This document shows, piece by piece, positions 51,451-60,610 of a DNA stretch of 64,000 nt (the first letter of the stretch is position 1; every line of letters starts with the position of its first letter). The notes below the pieces were generated by a model. It saw only the letters and a program-made list of their open reading frames with translations, did no database searches and was not told the origin of the DNA. Origin of the DNA: an uncultured delta proteobacterium (GTDB lineage: Bacteria; Desulfobacterota; Desulfobacteria; Desulfobacterales; Desulfosalsimonadaceae); the NCBI GenBank assembly GCA_963826785.1, contig CAWGYD010000006.1:864001-928000 (forward strand), written 5' to 3'. Both the position numbers and the translations under genes were made by a program.

Positions 51451-52461
51451 TTAGTCTGCCATCATCACAGCTGCATTCTGGCATACACCCGCGTAGTCAT
51501 CCAGGTCCTTGATCTCGTGGATCAGGTAAGTTTTGAGCTGGCCCAGAATTTCCTTTTCAATCTGCCGGATGCGCTCCCGTGAAAGCCCCAGCCGGTCGCC
51601 CAGGGACTGGAGCGTGAGGGGCGAATCCGAATAAATTCGCAGATCGAGGATCTTTTTTTCCCGCTTGGGGATGGTTTTGCGGAAATCGGCGATTTTATCG
51701 CTGATCAGCTGCTGCATTTCACTTTCGGTAAATTCCTGTTCGACATTCTGGCAATCGGATTTGATCATGTCCAGCCAGTTGGTATCCGAATTTTCCTTCA
51801 AAGGAGCGTTTAGCGAAAAGTCCTGCTTTTTCATCCGCTGTTCCATTTCCACGATATCTTTTTCATCCACATCGCAGCGCTCGGACAGCAGTTTGGGGGT
51901 GGGTTCAATGCCCATGCTCCTCAGTTTGCGTTTTTCCTGTTTCAGCCGGTAAAAGAGCTTGCGGTACCCGCCGGTGGTCACCACCTTGACCATTCGCCAA
52001 TTGTTCTGGATGTACTTCAGAATGTAGGCCTTGATCCAAAAGGAGGCATAATGGGAGAATTTGACGTTCCGGTCCGGGTCGTATTTCCGGACGGCTTTCA
52101 TCAAACCGATATTCCCCTCCTGGATCAAATCCAGAAGATTCCAGTCCCAGTATCGCTGAAACTTCATGGCGATCTTGATGACCAGCCGCAAATTGGCCAC
52201 CACCAGCTGATTGACGGCATCTTCATCACCATATTCCTGAATTCGGAAGGCCAGTTCCTTTTCCTCTTCGCGGGAAACCAGCCGATAGGTGCCGATATCC
52301 GCCATGTATTGCTGGATCGGATCGAATCCGTTCTTTTTTTTGACGTTTGCGTCGACCGCGCGTTTTTCAGGTACTATGGGTTCCATGATTTCCTCTTCAT
52401 CATCTTCGAATACATCCGTGAAATCCGCATCGGTGGAAGCGGTATGGGGATCGAGCAGCAT
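51451..52461 (-). CDS. RpoH (sigma-32)-like RNA polymerase sigma factor
   Basis: ANLRLVIKIA, DLIQEGNIGLMKAV, YASFWIKAYI, RpoH-box-like YRKLFYRL, SRERIRQIE. Confidence 0.9.
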   Translation of the reverse strand: MLLDPHTASTDADFTDVFEDDEEEIMEPIVPEKRAVDANVKKKNGFDPIQQYMADIGTYRLVSREEEKELAFRIQEYGDEDAVNQLVVANLRLVIKIAMKFQRYWDWNLLDLIQEGNIGLMKAVRKYDPDRNVKFSHYASFWIKAYILKYIQNNWRMVKVVTTGGYRKLFYRLKQEKRKLRSMGIEPTPKLLSERCDVDEKDIVEMEQRMKKQDFSLNAPLKENSDTNWLDMIKSDCQNVEQEFTESEMQQLISDKIADFRKTIPKREKKILDLRIYSDSPLTLQSLGDRLGLSRERIRQIEKEILGQLKTYLIHEIKDLDDYAGVCQNAAVMMAD

Positions 52462-52646
52462 AAATGCGACCTCCTTAAAGGCTTGGAAATTTTTCCGGTT
52501 ATCATCAGTTCCAACCCGGCCAGCCGCCGGATTGACAATTCGTTAAAAAGCCTGAATATTTTTTGAATTCATTTGAGGGTGTGTTCAATTTCAATGTTCC
52601 GTGTTGCCGTATAACCATCTATAGACGAACGTGTCAGGAAGGGATA

Positions 52647-52662
52647 TGGGGGGAAACCGGTA
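52647..52662. promoter_or_regulatory. Palindromic box TGGGGG-GAAA-CCGGTA
   Basis: Upstream of the sigma factor gene; ttt 3' flank. Confidence 0.5.
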
Positions 52663-52973
52663 TTTTGAAATGTAAATGCAGGTATTGTAAGGCAGGGGGC
52701 GATATCGGGGTGCAGTTGCGGCAAGTACTTGATGGGCGCAGGTTTGCGCCGGGCGCTGCCGGATGACCGGCAGACACGACATTGCGGGAAAGCCGGAAAT
52801 CGTTTATCATGCAGTGATACATATAATTTTACCCCCCAATGCGGGTTTGATATCACCTGCCTGCATGCCATCTTTCAAAATATTTAATTATATTGGTACA
52901 TTATGAAAACAGTGGGCGTAATGGGTGTAGGGACCGGTCCATTGAAAAAATTTTGAAACGGAAAGGATCTGCT

Positions 52974-54395
52974 TTGAATTTAAACCCCTTCGCGAAAAAG
53001 CAGAAACCCCCGGAATATCCGGATGCACTCGTCTACGACGTGATCGTGATCGGTTCCGGCTCCGGTATGACTGCGGTGGAGAAATCGGTGGAAGCCGGGC
53101 TTCGCGTGGCCCTGGTGGATAAGGGGCCGGCCGGCGGCACCTGCCTGAACGTGGGGTGTATCCCCTCCAAAATGCTGATCGCCGCTGCCGACCGGGTGAT
53201 GGAAATCCGGGAGGCGAACAGATTCGGCATTGATGCGGCCATCACCGAAATTGATTTTCAAAGGGTCATGCAGGACATGCGAGATGCCGTGCTGCCGGAC
53301 CGGGATGGCATCGCAGAAAATCTGAAAAATCAGGCGGTATTTGATTATTATCCGGATACGGGCCGGTTCATCGGCGATTACACCCTGTCAGCAGGAGACC
53401 GGGTGATAACGGCCAATACCATCTTCATCGCCTCCGGGGCGCGTCCCGGGATACCCGCGGTCGAGGGTCTGTCCCGGGTGGATTACCTGACCAATGAAAC
53501 CCTGCTGTCGCTTGACATGCTGCCCCGGCATCTGGTCATCATCGGCGGCGGTTACATCGGCGCGGAGTACGGCCATTTTTTTTCCGCCATGGGGGCCGAG
53601 GTGACCCTGATCCAGCGGGCAAGCCGCCTGGTGCCGGACGAGGAGCCGGAAATCAGCCTGTTGCTCCAAACCGAGCTGGGTAAACGGATGACCGTTCATG
53701 TGGATACCACCGCATCCGCCGTGGAAGAAAAATCCGGTCAAATGCGTGTCATCGCGGCACACAATGGAACGGATCGCCCCTTGTCTTTTACGGCCAGCCA
53801 CATCCTGGTGGCCGCAGGCCGCCGATCCAATGCCGACCTTCTTGAGGTGCAAAAATCGGGAATCGACCTTGATGCACACGGATTTATCCGGGTCGATGAC
53901 TATCTTCAAACCAGCCGTGAGGGGATATGGGCCTTTGGAGATGCCAATGGAAAGCATATGTTCACCCATGTGGCCAATGCCGAGGCGGAAATCGCCTGCC
54001 AGAATGCATTGAACGGGAAAAAGGAGAAGATGGATTACCGGGCCGCCCCCCGTGCGGTGTTCACGTATCCGCCCATCGCCTCGGTGGGATTGTCTGAAGC
54101 AGACGCCCGCAGCAGAAAGGAGATCCTGGTGGGAAACGCTCTATATAATGATACCGCCCGGGGAATGGCCCTTCGGGAAAAGACCGGATTTGCCAAGATC
54201 ATTGTGGAGAAAAAGAGCCTGAAGATTCTGGGATGCCATATTATCGGCCCTTACGCCCCCATGCTGATTCAGGAAGTGGTCAATGCCATGTCCCTGGGCG
54301 GGCAGATGGGGCTGACGGCTTCGGGCATGCATATTCATCCATCCATGTCCGAACTGATTATCCGAACCCTTGCCTCCCTTTCCGAACCGGACTGA
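52974..54395 (+). CDS. Flavoprotein disulfide reductase (dihydrolipoamide dehydrogenase/mycothione reductase family)
   Basis: GSGSG, GGTCLNVGCIPSK, GGGYIGAE, HIHPSMSE; start codon uncertain. Confidence 0.9.
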   Translation: MNLNPFAKKQKPPEYPDALVYDVIVIGSGSGMTAVEKSVEAGLRVALVDKGPAGGTCLNVGCIPSKMLIAAADRVMEIREANRFGIDAAITEIDFQRVMQDMRDAVLPDRDGIAENLKNQAVFDYYPDTGRFIGDYTLSAGDRVITANTIFIASGARPGIPAVEGLSRVDYLTNETLLSLDMLPRHLVIIGGGYIGAEYGHFFSAMGAEVTLIQRASRLVPDEEPEISLLLQTELGKRMTVHVDTTASAVEEKSGQMRVIAAHNGTDRPLSFTASHILVAAGRRSNADLLEVQKSGIDLDAHGFIRVDDYLQTSREGIWAFGDANGKHMFTHVANAEAEIACQNALNGKKEKMDYRAAPRAVFTYPPIASVGLSEADARSRKEILVGNALYNDTARGMALREKTGFAKIIVEKKSLKILGCHIIGPYAPMLIQEVVNAMSLGGQMGLTASGMHIHPSMSELIIRTLASLSEPD

Positions 54396-54420
54396 TCCTT
54401 TAAGGGGCCATGTATGCGCA

Positions 54421-54475
54421 AAGGACAGTACCCCTATGGGGGTTAAAAAGACATACAAATACAGGTTTACCCCAA
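54421..54475. promoter_or_regulatory. Two palindromic-box variants (AAGGAC-AGTA-CCCCTA; TACAGG-TTTA-CCCCAA)
   Basis: Upstream of the superoxide reductase gene. Confidence 0.45.
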
Positions 54476-54576
54476 TTGCCAAACAGGGCGTGATCCGTTT
54501 AAATGGGGTGAATATAGACACGGCTGGGTTCGTGCCAATTTTTGCGAATGCAAACCCTAATCAATAGGAGGAAGAA

Positions 54577-54972
54577 ATGGGACACATCGGAGAAATGTAC
54601 CAATCGGGCGACTGGAAGAGTGAAAAGCATGTGCCGGTGATCGAATGTCCGGACACGGTCAAGGCGGACAAGGATTTTGATGTGCATCTGTCCATCGGCA
54701 AGGAAATTGCCCATCCCAATACCACCGAACACCACATCATGTGGATCAAGCTCTACTATAAGCCCGAAGGGGGCAAGTTCCCCTATGAAATCGGGAATTA
54801 TACCTTCAACACCCATGGCGCGAGCACCGAAGGCGCCGACCAGGGACCCGCCTACAGCGAACCGGCGGTGACGGTCAAGTTCAGAATCAAAAAACCGGGC
54901 GCACTCATGGCCACTTCCTATTGCAACATCCACGGTCTGTGGCAGAATTCCGCCAAGATCAACGTATCCTGA
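54577..54972 (+). CDS. sor: Superoxide reductase (1Fe-SOR, neelaredoxin type)
   Basis: EKHVP, HPNTTEHHI, YCNIHGLW iron ligands. Confidence 0.93.
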   Translation: MGHIGEMYQSGDWKSEKHVPVIECPDTVKADKDFDVHLSIGKEIAHPNTTEHHIMWIKLYYKPEGGKFPYEIGNYTFNTHGASTEGADQGPAYSEPAVTVKFRIKKPGALMATSYCNIHGLWQNSAKINVS

Positions 54973-54981
54973 TCAGAATAA

Positions 54982-55078
54982 TCCATATGCCGCCTGATTC
55001 CGGCGGCATATGGAGTTTGCCTCCCGCCTCTTAAAATCCCGTGCATGGGCCGCAGTGAATCAGCGGCCTTTTTTTTTC
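54982..55078 (+). terminator. Double hairpin with terminator after sor
   Basis: 13-bp stem tccatatgccgcc/ggcggcatatgga, then ggccgc/gcggcc followed by a T-tract. Confidence 0.75.
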
Positions 55079-55331
55079 TCTCACCGGCAGGTCTCAAGAG
55101 CTGAAGCGTTTATTTCCATTTTCGACCCTGAGCAAAATCTAAAGAAGCGCTTCGAATCCGCCAGCAGATAAAGAATTTGTTAGCGATCCGCTGTTATGAT
55201 ATGAAACCGTCGGGTGGTGATAAGCGCAAGGGCCGGAAAATGGCTCCCGGGAGCACAACGCCGGGCCGGCGCATTTGCCTGTATTCTTGAAATAAGAAGT
55301 TAAACCGCAGAACAAAAAGAGGCGTAAATTC

Positions 55332-56852
55332 ATGCAAGCCATAAAACAGTCCATGGTCCTGGCGGTCTTTTTATTATCGCTGTTCTGCGATGCCGCTCTG
55401 GCGGAGGAGGCAGCCGATTTGAGCGCAGATACGCAAACCTGCCTGGGGTGCCACCAATCCGTCATGGCCGGCATTCATGCCGACTGGTCGGCGGGCCGCA
55501 TGGCCCGGGTGAGCCCTAAACAGGCATTGAAGCGCCCTGTGCAGCAGCGGCGGATATCGGCACAATCCGTGCCGGACGCATTGTCCTCTCATGCGGTGGG
55601 GTGCGCCGAATGCCACACGCTGCGCCCCGATCAGCATGCCGACACTTTTGAACACAACGGATACCAGGTGCATACGGTGGTCACCCCGAAGGACTGCGCG
55701 GTTTGCCATCCCGTTGAGGAAAATGAGTATAACCAGAACGTCATGTCAGCGGCCTACGGGAATCTGAACGACAATCCGGTCTACCGCCAGCTGGCGGATA
55801 ATATCAACGGCCTGTCATCCTATGATGATGCGGCCGCGGCCCTGATCCCGGCCCCGCCCGATGCGCTGACGGATGCGGACTCCTGCTTTTCCTGCCACGG
55901 CACCCGTTTGACTGTGAAACCGCCTGTCGAGCGGGAAACGGAGATGGGGCCCATGGCCTTTCCGGTTATCTCCGGCTGGCCCAACCAGGGGGTGGGCCGC
56001 ATCAACCCGGACGGAAGCAGGGGATCGTGTGCAGCCTGCCATGCGCGGCACCGGTTTTCCATCGAAATGGCCCGCCGGCCCGACACCTGCAGCCAGTGCC
56101 ATAAGGGGCCGGATGTGCCCGCCTATAAGGTTTATGCGGTGAGCAAGCATGGCAATATCTATGCCGCTTTGAGCAAATCGGGAAACTGGAATTTCGATGC
56201 GGTTCCCTGGACGGCCGGGATTGATTTTACCGCCCCCACCTGCGCGGCCTGCCATGCCAGCCTGATCACGGCAGCAGACGGGCAGGTGATCGCCAGGCGC
56301 ACCCACCGCATGAACGATCGACTGGCCTGGCGGATCTTCGGGCTGATCTACGCCCATCCGCACCCTGAATCGCCGGATACATCCGTCATCAGGAACAAAG
56401 ACGGGCTTTCTCTTCCCACCGCATTTGACGGCACGCCGGCAGACGGTTTCCTGATTTCAAAGGAGGAGATGGGCAAAAGGACCCGGGCCATGCAGCAGGT
56501 CTGCTCCGCCTGCCACAGTTCCGAGTGGGTGGCGGGCCATTTCCGCCGATTTGAGCACACCGTCTCCACCACCAATACCATGGTGAAAACCGCCACCGAT
56601 ATCATGGCCGCCGCCTGGGAGAAAAAGGCCGTCCGGGGGATTGCGGACCAACAGAGCCCTTTTGATGAAGCCATGGAGCGCCGGTGGGTGGAGCAGTGGC
56701 TGTTTTTCGGAAACTCCACCCGGTTTTCCTCGGCCATGGGGGGCGCCGACTATGGAGCGTTCGCCGATGGCCGGTGGTATATGTCCAAAACACCCCACGA
56801 ATTGCTGGAAATGCTGAAAAACATGATGCCGACGCCTGCCATGAGGGAGTAA
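55332..56852 (+). CDS. Periplasmic octaheme cytochrome c, hydroxylamine oxidoreductase (HAO) family
   Basis: Signal peptide; 8 CxxCH motifs; WPNQGVGRINPDGS, CHKGPD, SKHG, APTCAACH. Confidence 0.9.
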   Translation: MQAIKQSMVLAVFLLSLFCDAALAEEAADLSADTQTCLGCHQSVMAGIHADWSAGRMARVSPKQALKRPVQQRRISAQSVPDALSSHAVGCAECHTLRPDQHADTFEHNGYQVHTVVTPKDCAVCHPVEENEYNQNVMSAAYGNLNDNPVYRQLADNINGLSSYDDAAAALIPAPPDALTDADSCFSCHGTRLTVKPPVERETEMGPMAFPVISGWPNQGVGRINPDGSRGSCAACHARHRFSIEMARRPDTCSQCHKGPDVPAYKVYAVSKHGNIYAALSKSGNWNFDAVPWTAGIDFTAPTCAACHASLITAADGQVIARRTHRMNDRLAWRIFGLIYAHPHPESPDTSVIRNKDGLSLPTAFDGTPADGFLISKEEMGKRTRAMQQVCSACHSSEWVAGHFRRFEHTVSTTNTMVKTATDIMAAAWEKKAVRGIADQQSPFDEAMERRWVEQWLFFGNSTRFSSAMGGADYGAFADGRWYMSKTPHELLEMLKNMMPTPAMRE

Positions 56853-56876
56853 CGGTATCCGGAAATGTTGACGGGG

Positions 56877-57803
56877 TCAGTCGAGCCGGGGTTCGCAGGA
56901 TGCATCCAGGCACGGGAGCGGCACCGAGCCGTGTTCGATCTGCAGTGTCGAATGGGCAATGCCGAATTCATCGTGAAGCCGCTTTGCGGCCGTTGCGATC
57001 AGCAGGTCGTTTCCTTCCCGGTCCGGGGTCACCAGGTGAGCGGTCAGAGCCGTATCCGTGGTGCTCATGGCCCATATATGAAGATCGTGAACGGCGATGA
57101 CTCCGCTCAACTGTTGCAGCCGCTCCCGCACCCGCTGGGTATCGATGCCCTCGGGTACGGCATGCAGGGTCAGGTTCAGCGATTCTTTCAGCTGTCCCCA
57201 CAGCCCGAACAGGATGATCACCGCAATCATGAGGCTGACCACCGGGTCGATCCAGAGCCTGCCGGTGAGGACAATGCCGATCCCGGCAATCACCACCCCG
57301 GCGGAGACCCCCGCGTCAGCAGCCATGTGCAGAAATGCGCCCCGGATATTTAAATCCGACTTGCGCCCGGCCATGAACAGCAGCGCGGTCAGGGTATTAA
57401 TGATCACCCCGATGGCGGCGACAAGAATGATCAGGCTGCCCGAAACGGGCGGGGTTGTGCTGATGAGCCGTCGAAGCGATTCCCAGGAGATTCCGCCCAC
57501 GGCGACCAGGAGAATGACGGCATTTGCCAGCGCCGCCAGAATGGTCGAACTCTTGAACCCGTAAGTCCGCCGGTGAGTGGGTTCCCATGTCTGGAGGTAG
57601 CTGGCTCCCCAGGCCAGCAACAGGCCCAGAACATCGCTCAGATTATGGCCGGCATCTGCCAGCAGGGCTACCGAATCCGCAAGAACGCCGGCGGCGGCTT
57701 CCGCACCCACAAAAATCACGTTCAGGACAATCCCGACCAGAAACGCACGGTTGTAATTGACGCTGGCGGTATGGTGTTCGCCGTGGCGATGCTCATGAAT
57801 CAT
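56877..57803 (-). CDS. Cation diffusion facilitator (CzcD-like)
   Basis: ADAGHNLSD, FLHMAAD, VHDLHIWA, HSTLQIE. Confidence 0.92.
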   Translation of the reverse strand: MIHEHRHGEHHTASVNYNRAFLVGIVLNVIFVGAEAAAGVLADSVALLADAGHNLSDVLGLLLAWGASYLQTWEPTHRRTYGFKSSTILAALANAVILLVAVGGISWESLRRLISTTPPVSGSLIILVAAIGVIINTLTALLFMAGRKSDLNIRGAFLHMAADAGVSAGVVIAGIGIVLTGRLWIDPVVSLMIAVIILFGLWGQLKESLNLTLHAVPEGIDTQRVRERLQQLSGVIAVHDLHIWAMSTTDTALTAHLVTPDREGNDLLIATAAKRLHDEFGIAHSTLQIEHGSVPLPCLDASCEPRLD

Positions 57804-57883
57804 GGATAAATGCTATTTCGTCCCATGTGCTCCCAGCCCGCATGCAGGGGCAAGTCCTTTTTCAGACAGGACCTCATGTGTGA

Positions 57884-58378
57884 TCAATATTCCCGTTTGA
57901 TAAAGCCGGTTTTCTTGTTCACCAGGATTTTTTCCACCAGGGAATCATCCTTGGTGACGATCCGGGCCTCATAAATCCCGCCTTTATCGGAAATCTTCCC
58001 CACCTTGAGATTGGGATTGGCCGCCACATAGTGGTCCAGCATCTGCCGGACCTGATCCTGGGACATGGGGGTTAGATTTTTTTGCGCTTCCAGGTCGCAC
58101 TGACCCCGGCCCCAGCCCTGGTGCGTCTGATATTGCTGATCGGACATGCCCTCCTGCGGCATCCCAAAGGGAATCGAACCCTCGTGATACATCATATGTC
58201 GTCCGGGTCCGGGATTGCCGCACCACGGGCAGTACCATCCCCCCTCATTTTGCAATTGCTGATCGGAAGGCTGCTGAACCTGAGTCTGAGTCTGATCCTG
58301 TTCCTGGGCCGGAAGGATTCCAGGGCAGGCCAGTATCAATGCCATTGCCACCAAAAGCGATATCCGTGTTCTTTTCAT
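57884..58378 (-). CDS. Exported hypothetical protein with YCPWC motif and PepSY-like C-terminus
   Basis: Signal peptide, Gln-rich linker, WYCPWCG, YEARIVTKDDSLVEKILVNKKTG. Confidence 0.8.
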   Translation of the reverse strand: MKRTRISLLVAMALILACPGILPAQEQDQTQTQVQQPSDQQLQNEGGWYCPWCGNPGPGRHMMYHEGSIPFGMPQEGMSDQQYQTHQGWGRGQCDLEAQKNLTPMSQDQVRQMLDHYVAANPNLKVGKISDKGGIYEARIVTKDDSLVEKILVNKKTGFIKREY

Positions 58379-58591
58379 TTGTGCACCTCTCTTTTGAGCC
58401 GTCATCGTCCACCATGGGTTTAAACAGTTCTCGTTTTAAATTTGTATGCGCCTATTATCACAAAAACATAGGCTTTCACCCGGCGGGGTGCAAACGGATC
58501 TTTCTTAAATGATTGTGATGAATCGATTTTGAAATCGAAAGGATGCATCAACGTATTCAGATGACGGCGATGGGGGCGGAGAAGGCGGATT

Positions 58592-59035
58592 TTAGCGGAT
58601 GGATTCTGATTCGGCGGAAAGCAGGATCTTTTTGGCGCTTGCCTCCGCGTTGGGACCATTGAGCGGTATCGCGAGAACCGCCGGATCGGACAGGTCCACC
58701 GGCAGGCCGGTATGCGACCGGACCATATCCTCTATTGTTTTTAAATCCAGTCTGCCGGATGCGGGGTGCAGGGTCAACGTATCGTCAGGTTGGCGCTCGG
58801 ACCGGTGTCTTGCCTTGCCGGACGGCAGATAAATCGCTCCCGTGGCAAAATCGACGATAAAGGCGATCAGTCCGGGCACGATCAGGAGCAGAACACCGAC
58901 GCCATCCAGGATAGCGATGGCCGGGTCGATTCGGCCTCTGGACTGCCCGATCCGTTCCGGGTAGATCAGGGTGCCGCAAGAAGACACGGTCAGCGTAAAT
59001 GACAGAACGAGAAAGGCCGCGATGATTTTTTTCAT
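58592..59035 (-). CDS. Putative lipoprotein
   Basis: MKK plus hydrophobic core plus VSSC lipobox; CGTLIYPER, VDFATGAIYLP. Confidence 0.8.
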   Translation of the reverse strand: MKKIIAAFLVLSFTLTVSSCGTLIYPERIGQSRGRIDPAIAILDGVGVLLLIVPGLIAFIVDFATGAIYLPSGKARHRSERQPDDTLTLHPASGRLDLKTIEDMVRSHTGLPVDLSDPAVLAIPLNGPNAEASAKKILLSAESESIR

Positions 59036-59076
59036 AAAGTTGAGCTGAATTAATCAGGGACTGACCCTATATTCGG

Positions 59077-59107
59077 ACCCCGTATCCGACCCATTCGGAT
59101 ACGGGGT
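59077..59107. terminator. Perfect hairpin downstream of the transporter gene
   Basis: accccgtatccga / tcggatacggggt, 13-bp stem; no clear U-tract. Confidence 0.5.
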
Positions 59108-59204
59108 ACTTTGTGGAGGAAAAGCAATGAAAAAAATAGCCATATTTTTTCCAAGCTTTTAAAATATAATAATCATGGCGTTTAAATTGTCCAGCCGGAA
59201 ATCA

Positions 59205-60440
59205 TCAGCCATTGACGTTAAAGATCCATATCCATATCACCAGGATGGCCAATGAGCAAAGGGTCACCGGGATGCCGGTTTTCGCGTGCTGCTTGAAGCC
59301 GATGTCGATCCCGAAGACTTTGGCCTGTTCAATGACGATCAGGTTGGCGATACTGCCGAGGATCAAAAGATTGCCGGCAAAGGTGCTGGAGACGGCCAGC
59401 GTGTACCAGGCCGCAGGCCCGCTTTCGCCCAGAAACCGGATCAGCAGCATGGCTGCGGGCACATTACTGACCAGGTTGCTCAACAACGCCGATATGCCGG
59501 TCAGGGCAAAGAGGTTTTGCGGATTTAAATGGTGCCGATATAAAAACGCCATCATGTGCGTTGGCATACCGGAAAGGGATAATCCCCCGATGATGATGAA
59601 CAAGGCGCAAAAAAGGGTGATCAGATGCCAGTCCACGAGTTCGAGCATCTGCCGGGATTTCATTTTCCGGCTGCATAGAAGGACGCCGGTTACGGATATG
59701 GCCGATATCTCCCGGGGGATCCGGGTGAAGAACAGCAGGATCAGGATGACAACCGCTGTGAGGCCTTTGATGCTTTGCCACCGGTTAAACTCCGGCCAGT
59801 CTGCGCCGGTGCTGTCATGGGCGCTTTGGCAACCCGCGTAAAAGGTATTGGCGTACTGGCGGCACAAAATCAGGTATCCGGCGGCCAGGGAAAAGATGGC
59901 CGGCACCACGCACCAGACCGTGAAATCGGCAAATTCCAGGCGGCCCACCTGGCCGATGAGCATGTTCTGGGGATTGCCGATGATAGTGGCGGCCGATCCG
60001 ATGTTGCTCGCCGTCGCCAGCCCCAGCAGGAAGGGCAGGGGATTGAAGCCGGATTTGAGCAGGGTGACCGTCAGCACCGGGGTAAAGGCCAGGCAGACGA
60101 TGTCATTGGCCAGAACAGACGAGAGCAGAGCGCTTGCGGCCATGATCATCAGCAGAAAAAGGCGGGGTCGGCCGCCAAAGGCGCCCAGGCGAAGGGCCAC
60201 ACGGGTATAAAAGCCGCCGAGTCGGAGCTGTGCTGAAATGATCATCAGGGCATAAAGGAGCAGGACGGTGGGGAAATCGATTGCGGATGCGGCCTGCTCC
60301 AGGGAAACAGCGCCGCACACCACCATGGCCACCGCCCCCAGCAGGGCGATGCCCGTCCGGTCCAGGGTCAGCCCGGGAACCCGTCCCAGGGCGATTCCGG
60401 TGTAGGCCAGCAGGAAAATGATCAGGGCAGGCGAAGGCAT
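59205..60440 (-). CDS. ArsB/NhaD (IT superfamily) anion permease
   Basis: DRTGIALLGA, LANDIVC, SNIGSAATIIGNPQN, SNLVSNVPA, GSIANLIV. Confidence 0.9.
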   Translation of the reverse strand: MPSPALIIFLLAYTGIALGRVPGLTLDRTGIALLGAVAMVVCGAVSLEQAASAIDFPTVLLLYALMIISAQLRLGGFYTRVALRLGAFGGRPRLFLLMIMAASALLSSVLANDIVCLAFTPVLTVTLLKSGFNPLPFLLGLATASNIGSAATIIGNPQNMLIGQVGRLEFADFTVWCVVPAIFSLAAGYLILCRQYANTFYAGCQSAHDSTGADWPEFNRWQSIKGLTAVVILILLFFTRIPREISAISVTGVLLCSRKMKSRQMLELVDWHLITLFCALFIIIGGLSLSGMPTHMMAFLYRHHLNPQNLFALTGISALLSNLVSNVPAAMLLIRFLGESGPAAWYTLAVSSTFAGNLLILGSIANLIVIEQAKVFGIDIGFKQHAKTGIPVTLCSLAILVIWIWIFNVNG

Positions 60441-60610
60441 GCGGATTCATCTCATGGTTTAGAATGCAAATTGTCCAAGGGCGCTTAAAGCATGAGAACC
60501 GGATTTTGGCAATCGGTATTTAAATCAATGATTGCCATACATGGAAAGGCCGGATGGGGGGGCATGAAATTTAAAGGGGCGCAGATTTTGATGGTTAAAA
60601 AGGTTGCGGT

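Noticed and set aside
52630..52865. Possible cobalamin riboswitch or ncRNA (GGGAA, ACCTGCC, two GC hairpins)
   Set aside because: Core elements (GCCACTG, correct order and spacing) are missing and the flanking genes are not B12-related.
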